Assembly: GCF_964355755.1 (NCBI RefSeq)
Contig: NC_092670.1
Location: 29,438,388-29,502,387 of the forward strand
Source: Antedon mediterranea
Lineage: Eukaryota > Animalia > Echinodermata
DNA length: 64,000 bases
Direction of reading: 5' to 3'
The notes under the pieces were generated by a model, which worked only from the letters and a program-made list of their open reading frames with translations, had not been told where the DNA came from and made no database searches. Below are positions 25,367 to 40,033 of this stretch, piece by piece. How positions within the stretch are numbered: the first letter of the stretch is position 1; the number at the start of each line of letters is the position of its first letter. A program made the translations under genes and the position numbers.

Positions 25367-27322
25367 GTTATTCTGTATGATGGATTTTTTTAGAATCAAC
25401 AAAATAAAACAACTTTCTTTGCAAGGAATGAAAGTGCAATAGAAATTGGGTCACATTTAACAAAATGACCTTTTGTTATTATTTTAGTATAATTTACCAC
25501 CTTTTAAAGTGAATACTTGTAACTGTCAAGTGGAAGTACTTTCACTCAGTGAGTCAATCAGAATTATGGCAAATTATATGGCTTATTAAGGGTGTTTATT
25601 TTGGGAAAATTGTGGCATGTACAGCTGGCCTGACTTTGGTGACTTGCAAGTGCAAAATTGACAAAATCACAAAGAACAATGTACTGTACAGTAGAACAAA
25701 TAAGTTTAGCTAAAACTAATTGTTGAGGGATGCAAATCTGTGAAAAGTGAACAGAATTGTATAGGTGGTTTTCAATTTCAATTATTTAAAGTTGTTCAGA
25801 CTGTTCAGACCATCAAACTTAACAAATTTATTTTATAATAACAAATTTATATGTATGTTAATTATCTCAATAGGTTGAGGTAGGTCAATAAAGTTATGTA
25901 GTAAATATTGCCGAATGCTGTATTTGACCATTTTAAGACAAAAAATGTTTTCTCGTTGTGATTTTTAAATTTTGATCTTTTAATGAAATAATATTGTCTA
26001 AAATTCATGCCTGTAGCTGAACTTAAAGTGTTAATTGAATTGTAAAAAATAGTAAATTATTAATTAATTTTCAAATATTAAATATAGCCTGTTATGCTTA
26101 TAAAATGATCACAAATTAAAATTATTACCTGTATGTATAATTTGTGAATTACAATAATTATTCTTTATTAGTTATTCACATTAGGAAGTTAAGTAATTGG
26201 GCTAGACCTCTGGAGACTCCTGACAGGCTCAGGACAGCAACACCCAGATTATTGAAACCCTTCTAAAACATGTCTGTTTATAAAAATGCAAAATCATGGA
26301 TTAAAAATCAGGGCAAACCATAAAACAGTCAAATAATACTGGAAGTTCATATATTGAAGAGCACTTTGTAATTGTATTATATTTTGATTGAATAACTAAT
26401 AACATGATGGTATGATCAAATATTAAGTTTTTGACACTTCCTACATTTCCCTCATTTCCTAACAGGCCCCAGTCAATGTTTTTCACAACACCTCTACCGT
26501 TCTATTCTTGTACAGTGTAGTAACCAGTGGTATCTCAAAATATTATTTTTAATTATCCTCCCTTTTCACCAAGACAAAATGGATGAGATGAAAAAAGAAG
26601 AATGCAAAAGTTTGTCCAAGATGCCATTTTGGCTCTGTGTGTATGTGAGCCGCTTGATACCTGATGTCATCTTATTATAATACTGTACAAATACTGTATA
26701 CAATTCGTACTTGAGAAATAAACATATGGGAAGTGGTGTTTTTTAGGTCAAAATGCACATAAGAAGTGCAGTGTGTGAAGTCACAAACAGTGGTATCTGT
26801 GACAACAGATGGTGGTACAATTGCTTAAATATCAAAAATTTGCTTCTGTGTTGTAAAGCCATAAAACAACACATCAAAATTCAGTTATCTTTGTTATTCG
26901 GGAGAAAATGTTAAAAACCGGGAGCACAATATTAGGCCGGGAGATGACTCTAAAATACCGGAGTCTCCCGGCCAAAACGGAGTAAAACTTTTTTAGAACT
27001 ACATGAGGTGTACTGTTAACTTTACAATAGTAAACAATTAGATAAATATTATTTAAATTTGATAATGAATCCTTCTACAGTATACTGTATTGCTGGATAG
27101 GTAGAATAAACCCAAGTTAAGGAAATAGGATTAAATAAAAAGAAGCTCTTTATAATTAAATATAGTAAATTATAATAAATATTTATATTAAAAAATATAT
27201 AATATTAAATCAACTATGAACATTTTTGTTTTTAACATTTTCATTTCCATGTTTTTCAATGTAATAAAATAGCAATTATCAAAGAAAAAAAAAATTAAAT
27301 ACCTGATAATATTTTTTTTAAG

Positions 27323-27596
27323 GTACGAAGAAGCAGAGAGTGGCTATGATTGGTGCATTACAACATTAGAGAGTAAAATTCAGAAGGTTGATGATTCAAA
27401 TGATTTACAGGAAGTTAAGGAGTCCCATGAGATAGAAGAGGAGTTTGATATTAAAGCACTATTGGGAATGAGTTTGGAAAACTATGCAAAATTGTTAACA
27501 AAACAGAAAAGATATGCAGAAGCTGAGACAGCTTATCTCAAAGCCATTGAAATCTGCCAGAATGATCTTTCAACTGAGGAAAACAAGCACCCTCAG
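27323..27596 (+). CDS. TTC19: TTC19 exon 5
   Basis: YEEAESGYDWCITTLESKI...ALLGMSLENYAKLLTKQKRYAEAETAYLKAIEICQ...HPQ vs human AGYEFCISTLEEKI...LLLGMCLDACARYL...HPQ; splice phases consistent. Confidence 0.93.
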
Positions 27597-29846
27597 GTTA
27601 GTCACAAATAAATGCAGGTGGAATAGAAGATTAGCATCCCTAAGTTATTGACAAGTATCTATAATAACCCGAACTCCTACACTGCATGACTAAAACTTGC
27701 TCCGTTTGAGACGGACACCACCTCTTAGCCATTTTGCTGTGTTATGGCAATTTTAGATAGTATTTTAAGACCATTTCCACAATTAAGTTGCAGAGATGTC
27801 ATGAAATATTTAATTAGATGGTGTATGTCCATTGTATGGGAAACTGATAGTTCATGATGTCAAATCCCATTCATAGGGCATGAGGCTCGCATCTCTCAGG
27901 CCATGCATCTAAAATCTCATGATTTTTCACCAATCAATTACAAAAATTATTAGGCCAAAACAACATAATAACAAATAATCTTTTCAATGGACATTTCGAG
28001 CTAGTCGCCTTGGATATTATGTCCCAATTTAGGCAGAAAATGGTTGGGATAGGTAGCAGCAAACTCAAACTTGTGCAAGTTGATATGAATGTTAATATAG
28101 GTCGGCATCTCATTTGTTTCTGTTTATTTAAAGGAGGAATATACTTTTGCAACATACTGTAATTAAAATTACCACTGGTGTGCAGATTCTTGCACATCAC
28201 GAACATTGATATTAATTTGATCAATGTTCCCTTTAATCTCATTAATTGTAGTGCTAATTGTGTAATGAGTAGATTGTCTAAAATCTTGTAAAATTGTCGT
28301 ACTAATGTGAGCGCTTGTTCCTCACTACATACAGTATATTATCGTATAAGAATACATGGTTGTGTTGATACAATCAACATTCTGCAATGCGATGCTCAAC
28401 ATGCTGCAACTCATTGGTGCATGACCACGAATTAAGTGGTGGGCGGCGGCATGGTTTCAAACTGGTGTATTTGATTGCCCGATTGGTTTAGCCATATTCG
28501 ATGATCCATTTCCATGGCGGAATGCATTTTGAGATGCGACTGTGAAGTTGACCGTCTATGGCAATAGTTAGAGCTGTTTGCATACATTCAACTTTACTCA
28601 TAATTGCCAGTAAAATACGGTAGTTTGATCAATCATTACACTTGTCAGTATTATTTGATTATACAAATCAATCTGTAATTACAGACGACTCCGAGTCACT
28701 CAGTTTAATAATCAGGTTTGGGAGTCAGCCAGATTATAAAATTCAATCGCTAGCACATACTACGTGTGATAAATGTGTATGTTGATAGGCCTAGATCGTG
28801 GTACGTTAGTTACATGTTTGTGTGCCCCTTGTGGGCTGTGTAACTGTCTGGCCTATACCTCCCATTCCCTATTGACTTAGTCCAGCCAGGATTTAAAGGA
28901 TGTTAATAGAATATCACAAGGACAAGCAATGAGACAACAATTTTCTTTAAATTACAATTTTCCTAAATCAATATTTATATTATTATTTAATTGTTGTAAA
29001 AGTAAGTAGTACTTTGTAGTCATGCCCTTAGAGAAATTTATCAAACTTTATATTAGTATTCTAATATATGGAGAGACAGTGTATATTAGCAACAATCTGT
29101 TTTAAATTTAGACTAATTTTTAATAATCACGCAATTATGTTTTTTTTCTCTTGTTTTTGATACATTTTCATACAGTAAACATGTTTTATAATTCTTTTAT
29201 TATTTAAAAAAAATTATTATATTTATAAAAATTTTATTTAAAAACTAGATTGGTCATTTTTAAGTAACTAAAACCAATATATAGCCTACATCAAATTGTT
29301 TAGGTTGTTTTAACCTACTGTACAAGTATGCTTTTTTAGTATTAAGAACAGTTAAGAAGAGCATGTCATTAGCAGTGCCAAAAAGAGCTTTTGCAATGAA
29401 AAAGCAATAGCAATTTCAATTAAAAAACACAATTTGCAATAATGCAAAACACCTTTAAGCAGTGAATAAAACAGCATAAGCAGTGCTAAAAAAGGGCATA
29501 ATAGTAAAATATTAAAGCTTAAGCAAAACAAAAGCTATGCAAAAAAGGGAAAAGAGGTTATAGAGCTCATGCTTAAATGTGCAAAATTAGCTAAAGATAT
29601 ACCGTAAATGCTATATTCTGCTTACCTTATTCTGCTTTTTGGGTGCTTAGACCAATACTGCGCCTAGGTGAATTTTTGATGAAATATACAAAACATTGTA
29701 CGCTAGTTAGGCCTAGCCTAGCATTGTCTAGTTGCTGTAGTAACATTCATTCATTTTTTAGCAGAATAATATGTTAATACAAATTGGTGAAAACTCGGTA
29801 TTTTTGCTGTAATTTACAGTTCTTCTATGTTTTACCTTGGTGATCA

Positions 29847-29982
29847 ATTGAATCGGTGCATCACAGAAACAAACCAATGCATTGAATCGGTGCATCACAG
29901 AAGCAAACCAATGCATTGAATCGGTGCATCACAGAAGCAAACCAATGCATTGAATCGGTGCATCACAGAAGCAAACCAATGC
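29847..29982. repeat. 34-bp minisatellite, 4 copies
   Basis: attgaatcggtgcatcacagaagcaaaccaatgc x4, one substitution in copy 1. Confidence 0.95.
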
Positions 29983-30829
29983 TGGTATTTATAGCGGGCC
30001 ATATAAATTGATTAAAATCGACTTATATTTCACATTTTTACTGTTTAAAGATGGAAGTTATTGCAATAAGCCGATATAGAATTTAAATTCATATAAAATA
30101 GTAATTTCACCCCCTCAGGGGCGGATCTAGGGTTTTGATAAAGAGGGGCCAATATGGGAAAAATAATCATCTAGGGGGGAGGGAAGATGTTCCCCCGTAA
30201 AAAATTTTTCTAGACGCCCGGAGATGGCATCTGAGGCGTTTTGGCCAGTCAATTCTTGTCATATAATTATCTGAATATGGTGGGTTTTAAAGACCATATT
30301 TAATATACGGAACTGGTTTTTTTTTTGCGCCTAAAGCCTATTTTCGCGTCGCAAATTTTTACACATTTTTTACGCGATCGTTAATGGTTTCTTGGTTATT
30401 TCGACGTTGCTGGTACACATGGACGTGAAGTTTTGCAAAGCCAAGGTCGGTCACGCGCAGCCGTGCCCGTGTCAAAATTGAAAAAGTTACGGGTTTTGAT
30501 GCTTCAACTTCGCTTCGCTGATATCTTAATCTAGTATTTACACTAAAGGCAAACAATAAATAAAATTGTTTTTATATTAAAATTGAGTTTTACTTGTATA
30601 AACACTTTTTATCAGACTTTAAAAGAGTAGGCCTACAAAAAACATCGTCGCGTTGTAAAAAAACAAGAATTGTCAGCACATACATATTTTTTCACAAACA
30701 ATGATGACGTATTTTATGAACTATTTGATTGGTCAATCAGTTTTACAGATTGTAACGTTGAAGTTAAACTCGGTTCAACTTTAAAAAAAAATTGAAGGTT
30801 TTAACTGATACTTGTATCTTTGTATTAAA

Positions 30830-32510
30830 ACATGTCATTCTACAATAGAAATGGTACTACCCAGTTTTTGACTGCTTTCTAGATGCCAGTAAGGCTTTTG
30901 ATCGAGTCAATGACTGGACTCTTTATAGTACAGTAAGCTCATTAACAATGGTATGAATCTTTGTATTGTCGAATTGCTCAAAGTTAGTATGAGAAACAGA
31001 GTTTTGTGATACGTTGGGGTAACTCTGTTTCAAATCCATTTACAGTATCCAATGGAGTTAGACAGGGTGGGGTTATGTCCCTTTACAACATATATTACTA
31101 TAGTACTCTTAACTCTAGACTAAATCATTTGAATCAGGGTTGCCAATGTAGTAACATTATTTTGAATCATCTTGCTGTATCAATAAACTCTCTATTCTAC
31201 AAAAAAAGCTATCAGGACTATATATCTGGCGCTCATCCACTGTCACATTCCTCCCATTTATTTTCCAAACTCAATCTTCTCAAACATTCTCGGACATTAA
31301 CCTTTACCAACAAGATGTTTTTTTGGCAACTCACTTCCTTCTCCCTTGCCATCTTAACGACCTTTTCGCTCCCAATGATACCGTACATAAATATAACACC
31401 AGAACCAGCAATAACATATATATCCCCAACTACAACACCTACTTTTTTCAACATAGCATTAGATATTCTGAACCATTTATGTTTAACAATTTACCCTCTT
31501 TAATTTCCTGTGCTGCTACCCTCTATTCATACTATAAGAAAATAAAAAATCCCCTTTTATCTCATTACTAAATCGATTTGTTTGATATGGTCGTTGTTTC
31601 ATGTTCGGTGATTTGCTAGATTTAATTATTAATTTTGTCATCTTTTTCAATCTATGCCCTGCAGCTGTACTCTTTTTCTGTTCATCATTTTTACATCATT
31701 TTTTCAAACTTTTATTGTTAAATTAATTTATTAACTTTATTTGTATTTATTTTTTTCATATTCTTTTATTTTCAAGTAATTTGTAAAGGCAATCCCGCCA
31801 CAAGATCTGCCTTCGTTCATTTTCTTTATTATCTCTTGCCATTGTTGTTTTTTTGTTACCTTTTCTCTTTTGGACAATAATAAATGTTCTTTGAATTGAA
31901 TTGAAAAAGTGACCTTGTTTTCCTTGCTTTCAAAGTTGCTGGCCCCAGCAACTGGTACGTGTTGTAGCCGTTTCTGTCCTCGTACTTGTACTGTAAACTT
32001 GAAAGTAATTCCATTACTAAACTTTTTGGTAAAAAACTCCTTTATGTTGAGAAAGGTCTTAGTCATATTCTTATGTGTGATTGCAGTGATGAGGGCAACA
32101 TTCAACGTCAGTACAGGGAGGTGGTCAGTATAGGTCTTTGTGTAACTCAACTTAACTTGTGTATCTTAACTAAAAGCAACTCACTCAAACGCAAATTTAT
32201 GAAATGCTCAACTAATTTTAAATGTTGCCTCTTAGATCTTATTGTATTAATATTATTGTTTGGTATGACTATCGTATGAAGACTATTAGATCTCTTAATG
32301 TATGCTACAATAATGCTCTGCGCCGTATACTGAATGTCTCTAGAAGCAGTAGTGCCGGTATGATGTTTTTTGAACATGGTGTCCCTTCTTTTAATGATAT
32401 GCGAAAATCTATCTATGATTTCATGCAACGTATGTTGAATAGTTGTAATATTCTTGATGCTTGTGTTTGCAAACATATGCTCCATAACTCAAAAATGTAT
32501 TGTAGTAGAT
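30830..32510 (+). mobile_element. Degenerate RTE-group (Proto2-like) LINE RT fragment, interrupted at ~31173-31908
   Basis: FLDASKAFDRVN, VSNGVRQGGVMS, LNHL on the left; LKRKFMKCS, YNNALRRILNVSRSSSAGMMF...GVPSF on the right; many frameshifts. Confidence 0.7.
31173..31908 (+). mobile_element. L2/Crack-group LINE 3' fragment nested in the Proto2-like LINE
   Basis: LSILQKKAIRTI, SHSSHLFSKLNLLK, HKYNTR, SIRY...NNLP motifs; 3' UTR ending aataaa...(ttgaa)n. Confidence 0.7.
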
Positions 32511-32511
32511 A

Positions 32512-32625
32512 AATAATAATAATAATAAACAGTATTTATATAGCGCCTAATGGATCACTGACCCCTCTAGGTGCTTTACATAGGACCTTAACTAATGGTA
32601 ATAAACTATCCCCCGCCGGACACCA
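32512..32625 (-). mobile_element. L2-type SINE/LINE 3' tail
   Basis: Minus strand tgtaaagcacctagag...ggcgctatataaatactg(ttta/tta)n, the typical L2-derived tail. Confidence 0.6.
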
Positions 32626-33763
32626 TGATGGAGAAGTATCCTATTTTAAGCTTAGAGTTTGCGAATTTTTTTCTTTTTCTGTTTGTAAGTTTATTGATAT
32701 TCAACAAAAAAAATAAGTCAAGGATTCTGGTAAATCTTATTGTTTAATTGCCTATAAACTATTATGTTTATTGTTTTCTTTGATAAAAGTAAATACCTTG
32801 ATTAAAATAAAACTACTTATTCTAAAATTCCTCTCTATTTTTTATGTTTTGCGAACATACTTGAAAACAAACTGATATTAACCTAAAATTGAAATAATTA
32901 ATTTAACCTACTGCAAGAAATTAAAAAGCTTGATTTAAAAAATTTTTTTTTTTTATTATGACAGCATTTTTCCAAAAAAATATGAAAGAATTTCCCAAAA
33001 GAAGTTTAAACTCGGTCATGCTATAAAAAAAATGTTTATTTTTAGTTTACAACATTCAGGTCAACAAACAAACAAACATAAGTAGTAATAAATAATAATT
33101 CATGTTGGCATGTGCATTAGAAAGAATCTAAATGTGGCGTCACAGAAAATGTTTTTAAAACACTATTTTTTTCTCTCAGGATTCAGAGTTTATTTTATAG
33201 AACTAAAGTCATAGATCATTGACATTTGTACTTTGTTTTACTACAGTAGTAGGACCAAACAAATACAAAGTGTCCCATTAATGGGGGTTTACCCTAAAAA
33301 AATGGGGAAGGGGTTGGGAAGTATTTTGGGGATAATGTTAATGTTTTCAAATTTATGTAGCATATTGTCCCAAAGTGCTTATTTACAAAGAACATGATAG
33401 ATGATGATAGATATAGATAGATGCATTTTTGAATTGAATTATTTCATTTATTATTACAGTTTAGGAGCTGCAACTGCAAATACTCAATCACCATAGGTCT
33501 ACAGTACATGCGACTAGGTGGAATAAAAAGTACAAATGTTTTAGTAGTCGACCACAGACATCTTAGCTCTTAAATATGGTTTTGCTTATATTTTTTTAAA
33601 TTTATTAAATAAGTCACCCAATTACTCAAGAACAACTGGAGGTCAAATGTCAGTAGGTTGTCTATGTTTAATCTTAACCAGAAATGATTAATTAATATGT
33701 CTAATTACTAAATTAAAGTTGTCATTGGATTGCATTATCTTGATATAGATCTTTTTTTTTCAG

Positions 33764-33926
33764 AATGTTGTTCTGCTGAATGACCTTGGAGCTCTCTATC
33801 ATCTTCAGAAAAAATACAAAGAAGCAATAACTTATTTGGAAAAAGCTATAGAAACAGGAAAAAGTGTGTCTCACCCATACTTATCAACAGCTCTAAGTAA
33901 CCTCGCATCTTGTCAAATGTATATGG
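33764..33926 (+). CDS. TTC19: TTC19 exon 6
   Basis: NVVLLNDLGALYHLQKKYKEAITYLEKAIETGKSVSHPYLSTALSNLA (TPR) vs human TIVLMSDLA...HPELHMVLSNLA; tttcag|...g|gtaggt. Confidence 0.92.
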
Positions 33927-34325
33927 GTAGGTATTTAATCCCTATATTTTTGCTAGATAGGGCATTTGGCAAATCGCTTTTCTTTCGAAAACCGAATTGT
34001 TTCTCCACAAGACATACCTTTACAGGAGAACAAAAATCAATCAATCTTTTATGTTTGTTGCTGTATATTTTCTTATTATAAATGTCTAATGAATTTTAAA
34101 GAGACTATGTATTTAAATGAATTAAACAATCACTGTGTGTATAGCATTCAAAACCTTGCATGCAACATTCAAAACTGTCTTCTCTATGCAGGATCCTTGC
34201 CATCATTTATGCTATGAAACTGTATTTATAAAGGATGAGTAAATAAATAAATAAATGTGAATTGTATGCAACATTCAAAACCTTGTGCGTAACATTCAAA
34301 TGTTTGTGTGTAGCATAGTATCTAA

Positions 34326-35037
34326 GGCTATGGTCACACTACTGCCTCAAGCCTGGCACAACTCACCGCGATTGAAATTTCAAGCCAGGCTTGAGTTTAT
34401 TGGGCGGTCACACTATTCGAATTATGTTGGGTTGTCCTCCGAACAAAACCGGAAGTCAGTCGGCTAGCTAAATAAATTACGTGAGCCAATCTGTAGTACA
34501 TACTTTACAATTTTAATTAGAATTCACTAGGCCTATGCATTTTGTTGTTTAATTTAAAATATATATATGTAATCGACTGAATGGAGCATAATAATATTAA
34601 TATAGGCAGACTGAGGCGGCATCCTATATATACGCTAGCCGATGCTAGTTTCGTCTTTAATTCAATCACTAGATGACAATGCAAAGCGTACAAAATGCTA
34701 TTGATAGTTATCTCTTTGATATCTTCATGTGTTATCTAAAAACTCAACCAAAACAAAATTGAACGATCCACGAAAAAAAGCCATGTGGATATATCCATCC
34801 ACTAAAATTCCCAATAAACAACACACAGTTGATGATTGTGATTGGCCAGATTCCAAAAAAGAATGTCAATCCTGGTCATGCTAAGGTCAACCCAGGGTCA
34901 ATCTGGGTAGCGCGTCTGGGTTGAGTTGCCTGGCTTGAAAATCGATTGGAAGCCAGGCGCGAGTCGATCCACGTTCGGTCACACTACAAAAATCTCAATC
35001 GTGGTGAGTCACGCCAGGCTGTAGTGTGACCATAGCC
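34326..35037. mobile_element. PIF/Harbinger-type MITE
   Basis: TIR ggctatggtcacactac / gtagtgtgaccatagcc with further subterminal inverted similarity; flanks TAA/TGA (imperfect 3-bp TSD). Confidence 0.75.
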
Positions 35038-35244
35038 TGAAACATATTGGGTACAATTTCAGTAACAACAAAAATGGAATGCAAGGTTTTAAAAGTTATT
35101 GTATGAAAATTTAAAGAATGCATATTTATTACTTTTTTTTTTGTTTTCTTGTATAATATGTCTAAATGATCAACTTCTTTTTACCTCAAGATTAAACTAT
35201 AGCGATGTAAATGTTAATATTTGAACTTTACTTCCAATTTTAAG

Positions 35245-35393
35245 GTGATTTTGAATCTGCGAAAACAAATTATAGAAAATCCCTTCAATTAGCAGAAAAA
35301 GAAGGAGACCGGTATACCATAAAATTTATTAAAGATATGGTGGCACAATTAGAGACAGAACGGTACCTGAAGGAACACAAGAAGGCATCTTAG
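35245..35393 (+). CDS. TTC19: TTC19 exon 7 (last coding exon)
   Basis: GDFESAKTNYRKSLQLAEKEGDRYTIKFIKDMVAQLETERYLKEHKKAS* vs human AKEIYQEALKQAKLKKDEISVQHIREELAEL; taag| acceptor, TAG stop 35391-35393; spliced CDS 1329 nt. Confidence 0.9.
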
Positions 35394-38300
35394 AAATTGC
35401 AATTTATATTTTGAAATGAAATGGTAGGGAAAGAAAATACTGTAGCTAAACAGCTTTTTTATTGGCCATGTACACTACACAATACAATAATAATATTAAT
35501 AGTACAATAATATCTAGAAAAGGTCATTGTTCAGTTTCATGCCACTAGAATCTGGCTTTGGTTTAAACTAGGCTGGCTTGTATAGGAAGGGTTAAAATTG
35601 GCATCTGGTGAAATTAAAAATGGCTAAAGAAAGTAAGTAATTTCAGACCTTCAGACCAAGTAAAAAAAACTGCTGCCCAGATAAAGAACATTAATTATTC
35701 ATCTAATAATTTTTAATTTAGGGGGCTGTTTAGGGGCCCTTAATGATCAGTTCCTTCACTGGGACTGGATTGGTCATCCTCATTAAAGATGGTTTTGGGT
35801 AAATAAATACATTTAGATCAAAAAGAAACAGTATATTGCATAAAACTATCGCTAGTGTATAAGACAGGCGTCGGTCCCAATAAAGTACAGTAGAAAGTAA
35901 CAATAATAATTTTTAAAAACCCTGCTGGTTTATATCAACGATCACCATGTTTTAGGTGTTGCATCCTATTCTTAAAATAGCCTTACACTGTCCATTACTG
36001 CTTTACTTTAATAGCTCCTAACCATTTACTACATTTGCTGAATCTGAAATTGATTATGGAAATGCAAAAAAATTGTGTGCATAAGGGGAGTCTCTATAAT
36101 AGATTAAATGAACAACAGTAGGATTTATGTAAACTTGTAATAATATTCAAACCTTTTAAATATTACAATTTCTTTTATTTTATATTTAATTTCATATTAC
36201 GTTGGTGCAAACTGCAATTCGAACCAGTGCATTACAGTCAAAGCAAACAAGTTGTGTATCCAACACATTGCTGATTTCTATTTGTGAAAAAATACAGTTT
36301 CCACAAAATAATGACTTAAACTACCTGATTCTCAATGCTGTATCTTCACATACGACGATATTTTTCAAATATCATAGGAAAATTTTGTAATAGCATCTCA
36401 GGGATAGGCCTATGACATGTGGAGCATGTATCATGTAAGGTTACGTTAAAGTATATGATACTAGGCCATTTGAAATGCTGTATTAAATTTTTTTAAAATA
36501 CTGGATAAATCCAATCGGGTGCTTATTAAAGCATAATAGTTCTATTGTATACAGAAAACATAGCTGGATGATTTGATATAAACTTCTACACCAGTGTTTG
36601 TTTAAGGATTGAAATTATAAAAACTACGAATTAAAGATATTTTAATGTCATTAAAAAAGTGTTCAAAAACATATTTATCTAGTACAAGTCTGCTTTAATT
36701 AAGGGCGATATACCGTCTTGTATATACATAGGGTTTTGATTATTTGAAACTACATGTATATTATTTTCAAAAGGAAACTGTCTGTATAGAAACCTTCAGC
36801 TGTTTTAAAACTGACATCCAACTGTGAATTTGGATTTAAACATTATACTATACCGTTACAAGTTATTGCCTTTTAAATGTTAATTAAATCATACATTATA
36901 TACCAACACTAACTTTACGTAATTCTATAGTCTGTTTTACATGGATCGTTACACATAATTTCGTATTTTTATACTCGATTGGAATGTATTTCAATTGTAG
37001 GCCTAATATTAATTTAATCTGATTTTTCGGTGATTTTGACCCAAATAATCTTTGTAACAGTAAAAAAGATTAATTTATACAATTTAGTTTATTTTTGTCT
37101 AGACATTTCTGTTTTTCTTTTTTTCGCATCCTGGTTGCATATTTAAACTTGTAACCTTGTCCTACTATCTGTTATTGTTACCGAATTTATTCATAATTCC
37201 AATCTAAACCTTTTGGTGACAAAGTTAATCAAGCTTGCCAGAAGGACCTTCCTACTCCTAGCCTACTATTAAGTCTATGTACCTCTTTTAGTTACGAAAA
37301 TTCATAAAAGGCAACAGAGTTATAATAACGCAATTTAAATATTTATTTCGACAATATTTAACGAGGGTTGGCCATCCAGCTGAAGCTGATAATTAGGGAC
37401 TCTCATAAATTATACACACTAACTTTCCGTATATAAACGTTGGCCTATCAAAAGAAGTATAGCATAATTACATTTAATAATTATTGAATATTTATTATAA
37501 TAAAGATATGTGATTTAGATGCTATTAAGTATTACAATGTCTTTAAGGCCTTACACAACAACAAGGCCTAACAAACATTACGTATTTTGTAAACTATGCG
37601 TGATTTGTTCCCTTTGAGATATTCTCATATTTATGTTTCTTGTTGCCAATTCCAATTGAAATTTATAATAAATTATATAAAATATAAATAGTATACCAAA
37701 ATATATTTAAAAAATATATATTAAATACAGTATACAAAAATACATTGGTGTTATGTAATTTTAATTTATTTTATTTTATAATAGACCTATAATTTCAAAT
37801 TGATTTTTACAATTTGATGTGCGGCACAACAAAGATTGTAATGAAGGTAATTATTGCTACTTAATGGGACAAAGTCAAATTATTTATTCATCCCACATAG
37901 GTGTTATAAAATTTCGTAACCAACGGTTTAGTATCTCATACAAAATACTAGCTAGTCTCTGTAGTTTCCAAAGGGTACAGTATTTAAAGAAAATGGGGTT
38001 CGTTCATCCTCTCCCCTATTGGTTACGGGCTTTGCGATAGTCAAGGTTATATTATTTATAATTATGTAAACGGCACGGAAACCTAATTATAGCTCTCACT
38101 GTGACCTTTACATAAATCATGCCACGTTAACGCTTTGAATTTCAAAACGATAATTTCAAAGTATTTTCTCACGATACGTTTCTGCTGTATGTTTCTGTAA
38201 CCGGATAGATATCAACTCCCTACTGCAGTTTATGTAATTCTATAATTTAACATTCCTCTGTTTCTCTCTTAACTGGAATGTGTCCAACATTAAAAGGTTT

Positions 38301-40033
38301 TAACGATTGACTGGGAACGAAGTTTAGCTGCACTGTCCATATGTGTTAAACTTGCATCCGTTTCCTTTTATAGGCAATATACAGTACCAATGATTACGTC
38401 ATAACATGTATTTTTTCTATTTTTGGGAGTTTATGGTCAAGGAGTAATACCTCAACAGCTTTACAAATGAAAGATGTAACAAGAGTATGATTCTAAACTT
38501 ATAGCAGGGAGTTGTACAACTCCCTGCTTATAGCGATAGTGTTAAATTGATGTTTATTTTTTATTCTGCAAAAATGATAATGATGATAAAAATAATAGTT
38601 AGCGCGAATCGGAAAAGATTAAATGATAACTTTATAACTGATATAAAAATGATAACGATTATTATAATGTGGAACATACTAATAAAGTGTCCGCATCCGT
38701 TGATCAAACCGAAGGGAGTATTGTATTGAGGCTTGCTCCGGATAACGTCAAGGATATCATAGAAATGAAAATATGGGAAGAAATAAATATTTTGACTGTT
38801 GGTTATAGATAACAGACACAGATCAGTCCAACAGCGACGTTCCGGTATTATATGCTTTAGACTAAAATTGATATTTTCCTACATGTAAATTTAATACATT
38901 ATATACAACAGAGCACGATTTATATTTAATGTGAATATGTTATGATGGTTATCATCATTTTAATGGATTACATTCTACCATGTGGAAATATCTATATTTT
39001 TTTCTCGATAAGTTTTAATCAATGTCAATCATACATCTTCTTGTTTTTACTGAAGGATTTCCTCGTGTATATCTCGCATACCAAGCATCCGAATGTAATA
39101 GGAACAATCAGTCAGCCATTGCTCTTGGGAAGATATGATGTAAGTTTACATCCTTCATTAATGTTCTCCATCCGAACTGGTCGTTATCGAGGAATCGAAG
39201 GAAACGTCAGCTGATGTTATAAATTGAATCAAACTGGCCAAAACAACTCTACACACGAACCACATAGTGTAAAACATGGCCTACTTTATTACAAAAAAAC
39301 ACACATACTTTAAAATATCAACAATTTATTCAATAAACTAACAATGATTACGAAGGAGCTTACCATTGATACAATTTATAAAAAATAACATGAGTTGGCC
39401 TATGATGCTACTTAAAACAAATAAATAATTAATATTATAATGTACTTAACCACTACTGATTTTTGATTGATCAGATAGCGAAACTATGCAAGGTGTGTTT
39501 GGAAAGATTTAATGCGTTTCAAAGCTTGTGTTAGTATATTAAGCTAGACCAGATTATAACTAAATAAATGGTAGCTGTCAATTGTTTATTGAATATAAAA
39601 AAACCGCCTGGATAACCATTATGCCTATTCATTTGTATAAATATTTGAGATTCTCTCAGTAAATCACAAAAGATAAGCAAGCTATAGAAACTAAAAGTGT
39701 TATGCGAAAAATGATTTTTTATTAAGCGAATATTGTTTTCTACAGTATACAAAAGGTTTTTCTATTTCGATATAAAATTATTTAATGTTAGTTTTTGAGT
39801 TTGGGCATATTCTTAATTAGCCTAATTAGATTTAATTTGTTGTTTCAACTTTCTTTTTATGGGAAATTTTCTTTCCACTTTTGTTTGGTGAAACATTGTT
39901 ATTCGAAGTTCCCTTTTTAGGTAAAATATCCTTTTTAGATAAAACTTTGGGTTTATGTGAATCTTCAGATGAAGGAGTATCTTGTAAACTCTTGTTTCAA
40001 GAAGTTTCACCTTTAGTTAAAACTGACATTCTA

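Noticed and set aside
29340-29600. A-rich quasi-periodic gcaat/gcagt tract
   Set aside because: Degenerate low-complexity repeat; no consistent unit or ORF.
29847-29982. CRISPR-like array
   Set aside because: Repeats are head-to-tail with no unique spacers; eukaryotic context and no cas genes.
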